Positions 15,126 to 49,452 of a stretch of 64,000 bases of DNA are shown here, piece after piece. Both the position numbers and the translations under genes were made by a program. The notes beneath the pieces were generated by a model. That model worked only from the letters and a program-made list of their open reading frames with translations, was not told where the DNA came from and searched no databases. The DNA is taken from NCBI GenBank assembly GCA_951406725.2, contig OX597828.1:63922001-63986000 (forward strand), in the 5' to 3' direction. Position 1 is the first letter of the stretch; every line of letters begins with the position of its first letter. The stretch is from Octopus vulgaris. Its lineage: Eukaryota.

Positions 15126-15216
15126 TTAAATCATTATATGTATATATATATAAATCCTAATTGTGTGCCTGTATATTCCAATTGTACAAATCAGTGGAAA
15201 CGACGTGTTTACTCAC

Positions 15217-35335
<20,119 letters not shown>

Positions 35336-35551
35336 CTGCAAGAAGAAACGAAACCAAAAGCCGCAAATTTAAAATTTGAATTAATAACAAAGAGAAGAAA
35401 AGGAAAAAAATAGTATCAACAGGAAAAAACAATGCAGGCGTTCATTGTAGATGAAATATTACGAAGGATGAGCAGAATAAATGATTATCTATCTATCTAT
35501 CTGTCTGTCTATCTATGAGACTGTATAAATATTTGTATGTATAACAACAAA

Positions 35552-35622
<71 letters not shown>

Positions 35623-35689
35623 TATCTTGAAATATGGCCACAGTCTCAGGGCTGAGGCATATGAAAGAATAAAAGAATATACATATGTC

Positions 35690-36395
35690 GAAGCACGGAT
35701 AAGAAGTGGAATGCTGACAAAAAGCTGCAGGTGATAGAGGAATGGTTGAGGTTGAGGGCTCTGTTTAGGACTTTGGTGATAGGGCGATCAGGCTTGGGCT
35801 GTTTTCCAATTCACCAGACTGGAAGCGCTAAAAGAAAAGAGCGACAACATCAACTCCAAGAAGTTCGTACAACAGGTGTTGAAGAAGCAAATGCTAGCAA
35901 GATGGCTGGATCCAGCCAACAAAAATCCTGGATTAGGCGGGCCAATACATAACTGCGGATCATCACCTCATCGGACCCCTGCCGTGCTGAGGTCCAGCGT
36001 ATCAGGTTTCTAATCCAAGCTGTCTACAGTACTTTACCAAGTCCAACGAACTTTCATACATGGGTCAAAAGTGAAGCACCGTCTTGTCCCTTGTGTACCA
36101 ATACAGGGTTAAATCAGCACCTGCTAAGCATCTACCCCAGAGATTTAAATGGTGACGGATGTGACATCAATCAGCCATTCAATTCAGTAAATACTATCCC
36201 AAGAAATCCAACTGATTGAAACTTCAACGACCGTCATGCCTACTTTCCACAATCACAGGCTCGCAGCTGAGATTGGATCTGGTGGAATGGTTAAAGTTCC
36301 CAGACCACATTGCATCAACAGCACTCTACTCAGACATAGCGATATATTTTCAAATTCCAACAAACAAATGATCATGTGGGAACTGGCTGTGCCGG
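35690..36395 (+). mobile_element. HERO-clade (REL endonuclease) non-LTR retrotransposon fragment
   Basis: Broken frames: GRSGLG, KERQ..QEVR, QQKSW, RIRFLIQAVYSTLPSPTNFHTW..CPLC...HLLS, DHIASTALYSDI, MIMWELAVP. Confidence 0.75.
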
Positions 36396-36439
36396 CTCAG
36401 CAATGTGCCAACTTTGGCGTTCGGTCTTCAGGAGAGAAG

Positions 36440-36850
36440 AGGTCGGTTTGGTAAACATGCTAAAGTTGCTATGGGAAAGAGTGGGCACCAATGACCGAAA
36501 GAATACGATTACAAATATAAGCGGATGAAATGGGGTTTATCCAGAGCAATGTTACTCGCTTGGGTGCGTAGCTCGGAGATGAGAGAAATTGTCCAAGGAG
36601 ATCCGCCGCTTTTGCGCATTACGATTTCATAGGTCCGGTGTGATTAGAAGTGAGCAAGAAGGGAACACAAGATGGATTCTTGCAGTAAAGCCAACTGGCT
36701 GGAGACATCTAGAGCTGGACTATAAACGAAAGGATTGGATAATATCAATAGTCTCAGCTGGTCATGCTTGGAAATCTCGCTAGAAAGTGGAATCACAGCT
36801 GCTTCTGATGGGACCCTCTGGAAAAGGGTCTCTGCACCCCACAACACACA
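36440..36850 (+). mobile_element. RTE-clade LINE 3' fragment
   Basis: Broken frames resembling LLYG.E.W..T, EMGF, VRSSEMRE, KPTG, LDNINSLSW, A.D..LW. Confidence 0.55.
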
Positions 36851-36877
36851 CAAAAGTAGGGGACGGAGAAAATGGAT

Positions 36878-36916
<39 letters not shown>

Positions 36917-36979
36917 TATGGGTGTGTGTGTGTGTGTCTGTGTTTATATATATATTTGTATATATATATATATGAATAT

Positions 36980-37260
36980 AGTGGTTGTATACTGTCAACT
37001 CAACGTGACAGTCCCGTAAGGGAATGACACTACCGCCATTTAGCCCTAGGAAACATCGACGTTTCCTGTCGGCTTTGACACATTTTCTGTGTCCTTATAT
37101 TTGCAAAGGGGAGGCAATCACCCCCGCCAGCTGGGACAAGGCACCTGAAGACATATGTTTCTGAGTGTATTGCTGGTCATCAGTCCAGGGTAGTAAGTCT
37201 TGCTACCTGAGATAGCTGCAACCTCTCTGCAAATATATCCTATTTTCAGTAAAATTTATT
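36980..37260 (-). mobile_element. Second cassette of the hammerhead-bearing family
   Basis: Shares the ...gccatttagccc.agg motif with the 34440 cassette; minus 37189-37144 reads CCTGGA CTGATGA ccagcaatacactca GAAAC ATAT GTC TTCAGG. Confidence 0.65.
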
Positions 37261-37773
37261 TACTGATCACCAAAATTAGAAATATTGAATTTCTAAATGT
37301 CTCAGAGAGACATGAGCGGTGGTGGAGCGATATAGTGGTTGTAATACTGTAAACTGTTCTTAACACGTTCTTATTACTAAAGAATGTATATATATATTGT
37401 AATATTTTGTGACAACCTGTACCTAACACGACCAAGCTTTTACATGTTACTTTTGACAATCTTTTTCTAAAAAAGTGAAACCGGTCAAGTAAATAAACAT
37501 CTTTTAAAATTGCATTTCCAAACCTTCTTTCATATATATATATATATGAATATACATAAATGCCTCAAGCAACGCCGTGGCACATAACACACAGAGTTAG
37601 ATGGGAACGTGTGTCTTCTCACAACAAAACAAGGAAACAATATTGTATTACAGGGAAGTGAAAAGAAAAAAATATGAAATTTCAGAGTTCGGAGGAGGTA
37701 ATGAAACGTGAAGGGTTCGAGATAAGGTAAAGTTTATTTTTCTTTTGGAGCAAGGAAACATTTGGAAGGAATC

Positions 37774-37838
<65 letters not shown>

Positions 37839-37917
37839 GTACTAGGGCGTGTTCTGAGGCAATTTGTTTCGCTTCAGTGCATTCGTATATGTCTTTATAA
37901 TGTTCTCCCCTCTATAT

Positions 37918-37954
<37 letters not shown>

Positions 37955-38411
37955 TGTACGTATGTATGTTTGTGTGTGTGTGTACGCAGGTAATACAGTA
38001 TCTCTGCAACTATAATGTTATACATTTATATAGGTATACCTGCACATATGTATTTCAGTTTTGCTCGTGTATATGCACGTGAGGCGTACATTCACATCTA
38101 AGGGGAATCTACTTTTGTGCGAGTGTGTATATATATATATACACACATACACACACATACACTTATATATATGTATATACACACACATACATACAAATAC
38201 TCACATACAAATATATGTGTGTGTGCACGTAAGTGGTTGTGTGCATGAATGCATGCGTATGGAGCGAGTGCGCGCGCGTGTGTATTGTGTGTCTTACTGT
38301 CACAGTATATTATGTTTATAACATTACATAAACACACACAGCACGTATAAACATTACAGAGGCTACGATACTGTAAAGATAGAAATGGTTAGAAATTGTA
38401 TCATTGCCAAT

Positions 38412-38692
<281 letters not shown>

Positions 38693-38896
38693 ATGAGCTC
38701 GTTTTTAGAAATCCTTCCGTCAAGCAAATCCCCGGAAAGGGCTTCGGTTGGTCCATAGCTATTGTGAAGAACAGCTGACGTGTATGATTTAAGTACAAAA
38801 CCCACAATATTGAGGGGGAGGGGCTAAGTCAGGACCAAGAAGTCCAGTAGTTGACTGGTTCTGTGAAAGGCAAAGAACGTAAAACAGACGCAATAC

Positions 38897-39119
38897 CTAT
38901 TTGTTTACTATCCAGATGGGGCTAAGCACAGAGAGGACAGACAAACGGATTAAGTCGATTAGAATTACCGCAGTGCGTAACTGGTACTTATTTAATCGAC
39001 ACCGAAAGGATGAAAGGCAAAGTCGACCTCGGCGGAATTTGAACTCAGAACGTAGCGGCAGACGAAATACCGCTAAGCATTTCACCCGGTGTGCTAACGA
39101 TTCTGTCGGCTCGCCATCT

Positions 39120-39168
<49 letters not shown>

Positions 39169-39376
39169 TAATAATCTTTTCTACTCTAGGCACAAGGCCC
39201 GAAATATTGGGGGAGAGGGCCAATCGATTAGATCAACGCCAGTACGCAACTGGTACTTAATTTAACGACCCCCGAAAGTCGACCTCGGCGGAATTTGAAC
39301 TCAGAACTTAGCGGCTGACGAAATACTGCTAAGCATTTCGCCCGGTGTGCTAACGTTTCTGCCAGCTGGCCACCTT
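38897..39376 (-). mobile_element. Two tandem SINE family B copies, little diverged
   Basis: Copies at about 38897-39119 and 39177-39376 with gttctgagttcaaattccgccgaggtcgactttg (B box). Confidence 0.88.
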
Positions 39377-39389
39377 AATAATAATAATG

Positions 39390-39466
<77 letters not shown>

Positions 39467-39553
39467 GATAACAATAATAATCGCTTAAACATATTTTCAC
39501 TATGCTACATGTTTAAACTTGTGTTTTCTCTGTGTTTATTTATGTGTCTTTGT

Positions 39554-39612
<59 letters not shown>

Positions 39613-39724
39613 GCTATTTTATATCGGGTTTCTGTCGTAATTCCCTCTAGCCATGTTTGGTGGCAAGTTGGAGTCTTCCAACTTTTTTCGCGTGTTCTAC
39701 GCGTGCGTCCGTCTGTCTGCCTGC

Positions 39725-39781
<57 letters not shown>

Positions 39782-40249
39782 GTGTATGTTGGATGTCGTT
39801 CACTTGCATCAAAAGCAATCTGAGATGTTAGGCTTCGCTACCACTAAAAACATCCCACACAGCGCCGCCGCGATCAACATTTCCGCGCCTCCCCCCCCCC
39901 ACTCCATACACTAATCTCATCACCTTCATCATCGTCGCAGTCATCATCATCATCATCATCATCTTCTACACCATCGTCATCATCATGACAACCGCACCCA
40001 AAACTAGCAAAGCGGTAACTATCATGCAGGCCGACCTGCTAGAAATAATAACCAAATGTCGCACAATACCACACGTAGACTATCTTAGAAAGGAATACAT
40101 TATGTAATGTCGCTGTGAAGGGATTCTCTATAAAAGGGATGGGCATGATTGGAATACCCATGCTTCTTTACACACACACACATTAAAGTTTCTCTTTAAA
40201 AGAGTTCATTGCATTAGTGAGTCTGACGAAACCAGTGAAACCCTTGTAA

Positions 40250-40324
40250 GCTAATCTATGTTCTGTAGCGAGCAGAGAGCATTTTAAACCTTTTGCCCCT
40301 CCCCCAAGTAGGATATACACACAC

Positions 40325-40368
<44 letters not shown>

Positions 40369-40417
40369 TCACACATACGCACACACACACAAAACTACCG
40401 GCTTTCCTGTATCCCCA

Positions 40418-40467
<50 letters not shown>

Positions 40468-40560
40468 ATATATATATATATATGTTAATCTATGTTATGT
40501 AGCGAGCAGAGGGCATTTTAAACCTTTTGCCCTTCCCCTGCCCAAGTATGATACAGACAC
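40250..40560 (+). repeat. Local direct duplication of about 70 bp
   Basis: taatctatgtt.tgtagcgagcagag.gcattttaaaccttttgccc at about 40252 and 40486. Confidence 0.85.
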
Positions 40561-40616
40561 ATATCTATATATATATATATATATATACACATACATACAT
40601 ACATACACACAACATG

Positions 40617-40660
<44 letters not shown>

Positions 40661-40716
40661 CATGTATCTATATATATGCATATATATTATATACATACAT
40701 GTATCCGCATATATGC

Positions 40717-40770
<54 letters not shown>

Positions 40771-42217
40771 GGTATGTTATGAGTAGGAAATAGGCGTGTT
40801 GAACACGTGTTGCTTTAGTAAATTCAACAGGCAACAATTTTGGTAGAGACAGACAATTATGTTGTTAATTTTTGTGAAATAGGAAGCCTGTGACTCAGCT
40901 GTGATGTACAGGAAGGATTGTCTTTGGTATGCACATCGTTGACTCACCACTGGCAGATTTCATACTACCATTGTTTTTGCTGCTGAACATCACATCACAT
41001 CACATACACACACACACACATACACACACACATACACACACACGCACACATATTGTATACATACGCACACATGCATTTACTAGGAGAGAGTACATTTATG
41101 GTTAACTTCTTGCAAACCCACGGCTTCTCTACTCGAATTTAAATTTACATTTGTACCCATTATCATGCTACACAAAATGCTATAAAGTTTCATGTTTCCA
41201 TAGCTTCAGAGATCGAATTCGTGTCCCTCCACGCACACGGTTCTTCGTCGTTCGACATGAGGACTGACGTGTTTGATCCACCGAGTGGCTTGCCCCCGAA
41301 TTAACATCTGATTGGCCGTGTATTCCACAGACACATGTACCCTGAACGTAATTCCCAAATCAAACCCGTGCAACAAGGCTGTACTTTTGAATTACAATCC
41401 ATCAGACGGGATTCTGTGCAGTTTCCGTCTACCCCACTTCATCCACAACATATGAGTTGATCTGAGGGTATAGAATATAACACTTATCCAAGATGCCAAG
41501 CAGTGGGATTGAAACCGGGACTCACATCCTCATCTCCATCCCTTACCAGGCATGAAATAAAAAAATGTCATCTTCCAAACATTAAACGGTTAATTTTGTT
41601 GCTATTTTTGCTGTTTCGGTCACCTTTCTACATTCGAGTCCATCGGAATCAGATGCCAACCATAGCAAAAGCGAGAATCTGCTCACAGTGGTTGATCTTA
41701 AAGCTGGCAGAACCAACGGATGAACTTTTCAGACAGCTGCTTACCTTTTGGATGAAAGTAACTTTCTTTAATGTAAATTGCACACAGTGTGCATCACTTG
41801 ATCTTAGGTTTCGGTGTTTTATCTGCATCTTATTGTGCAGCAGATATTTCTTTGTTATTTCCTGTTTTCGACTGCAAAAGTTATACTCTTCAGTGTTAAG
41901 AAAGCAAAAACATTGGTTGATCCAAGAGAGATTACTCTCAGCAACTCTCAGCTTGGGATGACACTAACAGACAGATACGCGCGTACACGAGGGGACACAT
42001 ACCCAAACACACGCACGCACGCACGCACGCAACCCACCCCTACATTAAGAATAGTGAAAAAAACCCTCAAAATTTCACGAATGGCTCATGATTTAATTCT
42101 GTTCTGACGTTTCAACGGTTAAAATACAAATATTGTCATTTATAAAATAAGATAATTCAAATATAAAAATACATTAATTGAAATGTGACGGGAAAATCGT
42201 TTCATCCCGAAATTAAA

Positions 42218-42253
<36 letters not shown>

Positions 42254-43192
42254 TTGTATATAGTAAAGGTGTACGGTCTATTATTAGGATAATCAGTCCA
42301 ATTTCTGGAGGTGGTGGGCTGTTCGGTGTTTCCTTGAGCGAGGCATTCCATTTCACATTCCTCCAATCTACTCATCTGAAAACAAGCCCCGGCCGGGTGC
42401 TGATGCTGTTCCCTTTCTCTATCCAGGTGTCACATCCCGAATGTGATACTTGGATAAAAGAGTGGGTGAGCTGGGAGCATGCCTACGACTGTTGGCGAAT
42501 ACAGAAACATTGCTAAAACAATTAGCAAAACCATGGGAGGCGTTACCCAGCAACCCTCGTTCTATAAAGGGGAAGAACGAGGAAAGTGTAAGAGAAAGGG
42601 AAGTGGGGTAAAAAAAAAAGAAAAAAAAGCCAAATGAGTTCTATAAAAGGCAGCGAAATGTTAATTCGATGACACTTGACTATAAATATAGAACTAGCGT
42701 GAAACACACAATAAAACGGTACTATGACAGACAAACAGACAAGCAGACAGAAAGAAAGAAAGATAGATTGATAGATAGACAGACAGATAAATAGGTAGAC
42801 AAAGTGAGAGAGAAGGCGATGGATAAGTGTTTGGAGAGGAGCAGGCATGAGCACTGTTCTTTGTGTACTTCCTGTCTGTTCTTGCACATTCTTTCTTGAG
42901 AGTCTGTTGTCAGTACCAGGAATGTATCTGAATGCACGACGTATGACATTTTCTGGGCAATTCAGTGGCAACGTATACTGCATCATATAGTTTTCATTGA
43001 AAAACTTAGATACTTTTCTAAGAAATTTTTCTGCATTATCTCATCCAATCAGAATTTGCTTCCCGAGTCAACTAATTCTAGTTTAAGGTATTTAAAATAT
43101 TTTTCTAAGTTCCATTTCTCCATGATCGTTGGAAGAGTGGACGTATGAAAATTGGAGTATCAATTTGTGAAGTATGTATGTCCAATCTATAG

Positions 43193-43231
<39 letters not shown>

Positions 43232-43233
<2 letters not shown>

Positions 43234-43508
43234 CATAGGAGTGGCTGTGTGGTAAGTAGCTTGCTTACGAACCACATGGTTCCGGATACAGTCCCACTGC
43301 GTGGCACCTTGGTCAAGTGTCTTCTACTATAGCCTCGGGCCTACCAAAGCCTTGAGTGGATCTGGTAGACGGAAACTGAAAGAAGCCCGTCGTATATATG
43401 TATATATATAAATATATATATATATATATAGGTATGTATGAGTGTGTATACATCCAGCATGGCCACAGTCAAATGACTGAAACAAGTAAAAGAATAAGAG
43501 TAAAGAGT
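43232..43508 (+). mobile_element. SINE family A, internally deleted
   Basis: ggcataggagtggctgtgtggtaagtagcttgc...ccagcatggccacagtcaaatgactgaaacaagtaaaagaata. Confidence 0.88.
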
Positions 43509-44223
43509 ATATGTGTGTGTGTGTGTGTGTGTGTGTTTTTTGTGCTTGTGCGTGTATGCATACACTCGTTGGTTATAGTAAACGAAATATCAAATACTCA
43601 ATATAGAGTATAATCATAATCTATTCGGTCGATGCTCTCTGTCGTTACATTAAGTTTCCCGAATGTCTGACCAACGTTTGTTTCCGATATACGACATATG
43701 TTAACCCAAGGTAATGCCGGAACTTCAATGTCTCATTCGTAACGAACTGCATGTCCATTATGGATTAAGAACAGCATTTACTAACAGAACCGTCCACAAA
43801 CAAGAAAGAAATGTGTCAAGGGGAGGCAACTGTTTGCCTTGGGAACTAACTTTGAGGTTTAGCTTCTGTTTTCAGCTTTCTCGAGCCTAGTTCCTCTATA
43901 ACTGTTGTGTCATGTATACAGGAAAACGAAAGAACCTCTTTCTTCAGGGGACATAACTATACTAGTCTCGTTAGTAAGGCAACACTTGTTAGCTTAAACT
44001 CCAATTTACTGTTTTGTGTCGAACCACTGACTACTTATTAAGTTGTAGGTTTAACTAATGTGCTATTTGAGCTTGAGACGGACAGGAACATCTATTAATG
44101 GACATTCGTATTATGGTGCCTGTGTTGAAAGAGGAAATATTAAAACATAAAGAAAAATGTATAAGCATTTGTTTAAATTTATTACAAACAGACATTTATG
44201 CGTAATCCCCAAATCGTTGGTGG

Positions 44224-44498
<275 letters not shown>

Positions 44499-44504
44499 AA
44501 GTAA

Positions 44505-44556
<52 letters not shown>

Positions 44557-45288
44557 TATACACACGTGTATGTATAAATTATACAATATATGTAAAATTT
44601 ATGTATACATACGCATACACACATGCATATACACACACATATGTATCTATATATTTTATGTGTGCGTGTGTCTATATAGAGGAGCCACAGTATATGTGTA
44701 GGTAGATAGTTCGGAATGCGGGTGAGTACGCAGGTGAGAGTATGGGTATACGATACATGTGTTGGAAGTCAGGTAGGCAGGTATGTGACTGGGTGGATAT
44801 CTGAGTACCTGGGAGTGTAGGGTGTCGGTGTAGTATATAAACAGTTGGGTACGGGGGAGCGTATTAGAAGGGTGTTCGGTACCTCGGTTGATAGCTAAGG
44901 GGTATTTATGTAGGTGGGTTGGTAGGTTCTTAATTATGTAAGTAGGTGGCGAACGAAGTCTATGGGTAGCTAGAAAGATAGATAGGCATGTATGTATACG
45001 GGTAGGTAGTTTGATGGGTAGATTTAAAATATAAATATATAGAACTCGGTTGCTGGGAAAGTGAAAGAGCTCATACTTTTGATATTTGATATCGCCATCA
45101 TATCTCTCACGTATTGTACAAAAAATACACATACATACATACATAGGGATGTGTACACCTATATTCCCACATGCATAAACACACACTCTCAAATATTTAC
45201 AATTATACACGCTCTCCTCCAAAGTATAAACATGCAGATGTATGTATGTATGTATGTATGTATGTATGTATGTATGTATGTATGTATG

Positions 45289-45322
<34 letters not shown>

Positions 45323-45427
45323 TGTATATATGTATATATATATATATATATATACATATATATATACATGTATATATATATACATATATATAAATAAATA
45401 TATATGTATATATATACATATATATAC

Positions 45428-45460
<33 letters not shown>

Positions 45461-45465
45461 AATAA

Positions 45466-45589
<124 letters not shown>

Positions 45590-45730
45590 TTACATACAAG
45601 CTATCTATAAAGCATTGTCAACGCATTAGAGATTTACACACACATACCTATGTACAAATACATAGATAGATAGTTATACACACACACACATACATCTGCA
45701 CTTTTCCGTTTCTCTCTCTTTCTGTGTATG

Positions 45731-45792
<62 letters not shown>

Positions 45793-45894
45793 GCAAATTT
45801 AGTAGTCGCAGTAGTAACAGTAGTGGTGGTGTTTGTTTTAAATTGTTAATAAGCCACCCACATTATTTATATATGTGTGTATATGAAGAAGCAT

Positions 45895-45956
<62 letters not shown>

Positions 45957-46943
45957 AGAGAAGTGCCGTCATAAACGGCAAAGAGCCGTCGCTGGCGCCT
46001 GGGGTGTGAAGGGGAGGAAACAGAGACACACTTCCAGTTCTTACTTCCCTTTCCTCATCCTCTCTCTTACACACGCGCGCGCACATCACTTTCACTCCTG
46101 CCTCTCTCTCTCTCTCTCTCTCTGTCTCTGTAATTTTGCCTTTCTTTTCTTCCTCTCAACAACCAAAATTTATTCTTCCTCCGCCTCTTCCCCACACCTA
46201 GACACGTGTCTACTACCACCATCACCGACCCTCCTACTTCCTCCTCTCCATCATCTCCATCATCTCCACCCCCCCTCATCAAAGTACCCTCCCCGCCATG
46301 ATGTTTTTTCTCCTCACTTCCATGGCCAATTTTGGGCAACTTTACACTACGACAATAGTACCACCACATCACGGCACCCACCACCACCACCACTACTGCT
46401 ACTACCAACACCATCACCACCTTCTCTACCACCACCACCACCACCACCACCACCACCACCATCACCACCTTCTCTACCACCACCACCACCACCTCCAGCG
46501 CCGCCGCTATTACTACTACCCACAATCAATCGGTTGTTGTCATAAGAATAATGGTCCAGTTTTCTTTCCCTCTAACTTTAATTCTTTTGTCACTCTCCGT
46601 CATGCGCTGGAAGAAGTCTTATAGAAATAGCAGTCAAATCGTCCTAAAACACACATTATTATTTGTAATAAAGAAAATGTATACTGATGAGGTGGGGGGG
46701 GGGGAAGTAAGCAAAACGAGGAGGACGGGCGAGGCTGGAATGCTCTTAACCTTACTCAGAGTCGATCAGGGCTGGCCCCGAGGCCAAACAACAACAAAAA
46801 CAAAAACAGTAGCACTAACGATGACAACATCTATTATACGCCATACTATAATATTGCCACGGCTCCACGACGACGACGATCACTACTACCACCACCACTA
46901 GTATTACTGATACCACTGTTGCAACAACCAATACTATTATAGT

Positions 46944-47348
46944 TTTAAATTTAGACAGGCGCCGAGCAATTTTATAAGAGAGGACACAAGTCAATTCCAT
47001 CAATCCCACTTTTGAATTGATTCTTTATTTTACCCCCGAAAGAATGAAAGGCAAAGTTGACCTTGGCAGGATTTCAACTCAGAACACAAGGGGCCGGAAG
47101 AAATGACGCGAAGCATTTTGACCGATGCTCTAACGATTCTACCAACTCGCTGCCTTATATACGAATCCTACGATCATTTTTCAGAGGAACGGGATTATTC
47201 TAACCCCAGTTTTTGATTGGTATCTTATTGGCTGTCATCGAAAGGATGAAAGGCAACGTTGACCTCGGCAGGTTTTGAACTCAGAACGTAAAGAGCCGGA
47301 AGATATGCCATTGAGTATTGTTATCCGATGCGCAACCGATTCCGCCAG
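46944..47348 (-). mobile_element. Two tandem diverged SINE family B copies
   Basis: gaaaggatgaaaggcaa.gttgacctYggcagg.tttNaactcagaac occurs twice. Confidence 0.75.
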
Positions 47349-48276
47349 TTGGAATATTAAAATATGACCGTTTACCACAGCGCAATCTCTCTATCCCAGG
47401 GGATGGGCTAGGGGGGGGGGGGTCAGTAGTTACCTTGTGTGAACCAAGCCATAACTTTTGGTCGGTCATGTTAGTAGTTGTCTCTTCCGGAAGTACTTGC
47501 ATGAACAGTGATTGATTTGTGTGTAAGTATTGATTGATTATGATACTGTCATAAAGCGGGGTGCGGATGGGGTGGCTGAGAGGATCAAAAAAGGGAGATG
47601 GGCAACTTATCATATTTGATAGACTTGCTCATGGCGGGCTGTAAACTGTGTGCTTGTTCTTCTTTATAAAAGACGCTGTGGAGACGAGACAAATTTCTCG
47701 CGCGCACACACGCACATGCACGTACGTATGCATACACGCACCTACGCATACACGCATGTACGCATACACGCACGTACGCATACACACGCATGCAAGAGTT
47801 AAATAAGATTCGAAAAAAAAACCTTGCTGAAAGCTGTACAAAGCTCGTCCACAATTATTGGCTACCTGATGTCATCATGCGGTGGAAATACTCTTACTGC
47901 TGGATATACATCAAGAATTCCATAGCATCCATAGACTTTATATAAATAAATGACAAGAAAGGAATTGAACTACATTCTTGATCTAAAATCAATATAATTT
48001 TACATTCGCAGTACATTGGTGAGATGATATATTGTGTAATCCTTATCATTCATCACAGGTGCAAGATGCCTTTCTTCCAATATGTTAATTATATCAGCTC
48101 ACCAACGGACTAAGAATGTAAAACTGTGTCGAAACAAATGTAGAGATTATTAAATAATGTCGCTCAATCAATTTCCAATTATTTATCTATTCATATGTTT
48201 ATGATAGGTATTACATACGTATACACACGCACACACACGTATGTATATATATATATAACTTATGAATGTATGCATG

Positions 48277-48318
<42 letters not shown>

Positions 48319-48384
48319 GGTCCCGGGTTGATTCGGGGTTAACCACAGTAAATAAGGTACTCAATACATAGCAGAGTAAAATTA

Positions 48385-48510
48385 ATTTATTATATAGAAG
48401 GAGCTTCTACAGGACTAGAACTGTTTCATTCAAGAGAAATCTTCAGGAAGCTTCCTGAAGATTTCTCTTGAATGAAACAGTTCTAGTCCTGTAGAAGCTC
48501 CTTCTATATA

Positions 48511-48516
<6 letters not shown>
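48385..48516. repeat. Perfect spacerless 132-bp palindrome (66-bp arms) containing a hammerhead-like core
   Basis: Centre between 48450 and 48451 (ggaag|cttcc); each arm reads CTGAAGA tTTC tctt GAAt GAAAC agttcta GTC. Confidence 0.92.
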
Positions 48517-48547
<31 letters not shown>

Positions 48548-48952
48548 ACATACACACATACACACACACACACACACACACAATATATAGTCTTTGCTCA
48601 TTCGCGACTGGAATGTCTTTGATCAGAAAGGTCTACTTAACCTTGCCCTAAACACACGCCTCACATACACCATAAATATACACACTTTACCTATCTATGT
48701 CGACGACGCCGCCGCTGCCGCACCACCACCACCATCCCAACCCCCAGTACCACCACCGCCAGGCCCTTACAAATAACTTCCAAGTGTCTACTACTGCCAT
48801 CTGTCGGCAGTGAAATTCCATAGCATCGTTCAAGCTTTCTTCCTTACAACACAGATTTTACTGATAATTGCCGCCCTTCACACACCGCGGCAAGTCTTGT
48901 ATACGTTACGCACACACACACACGTAAATACACGCTCACATATATACACACA

Positions 48953-48999
<47 letters not shown>

Positions 49000-49394
49000 A
49001 TATGTTTATACACACATATATATATATATATATATAAGTAAATGGAGGGAGTGAGGGAGGGAGAGAGAACTCTGTGGAAGAAAAAGCTTCGTTAAGTTCT
49101 AATCCTTTTTTCCCCTCCCCTCTCTCCCCCCTTCCGTGTTACTCCCTCCTCACCCTCGTTGGTGCTTCATAAAGCATCCCTTATTTCTCGATATATATAT
49201 ATATATTGCTCACGCACACACACATACGTGTATGTACACATTTACATATATATAAGTGTGTGTGACTGTGTGCGCTCGTTTATATTTACAAACGGAAGGA
49301 AAGACCAGTTATACATGATGTAGACTTAGCGTTTATTAAGAAACTGCTATCGTTTCACGGTGTAGGTAGTCAGAGCTTCATACAGATGTGTGTG

Positions 49395-49448
<54 letters not shown>

Positions 49449-49452
49449 TGTA

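Noticed and set aside
43935-43952. CTGAAGA plus hairpin on the minus strand
   Set aside because: No GAAA core follows, so not a hammerhead
46006-46624. Poly-Pro / poly-His ORFs
   Set aside because: A (CCA)n microsatellite with a short internal duplication, open in several frames on both strands; no exon boundaries
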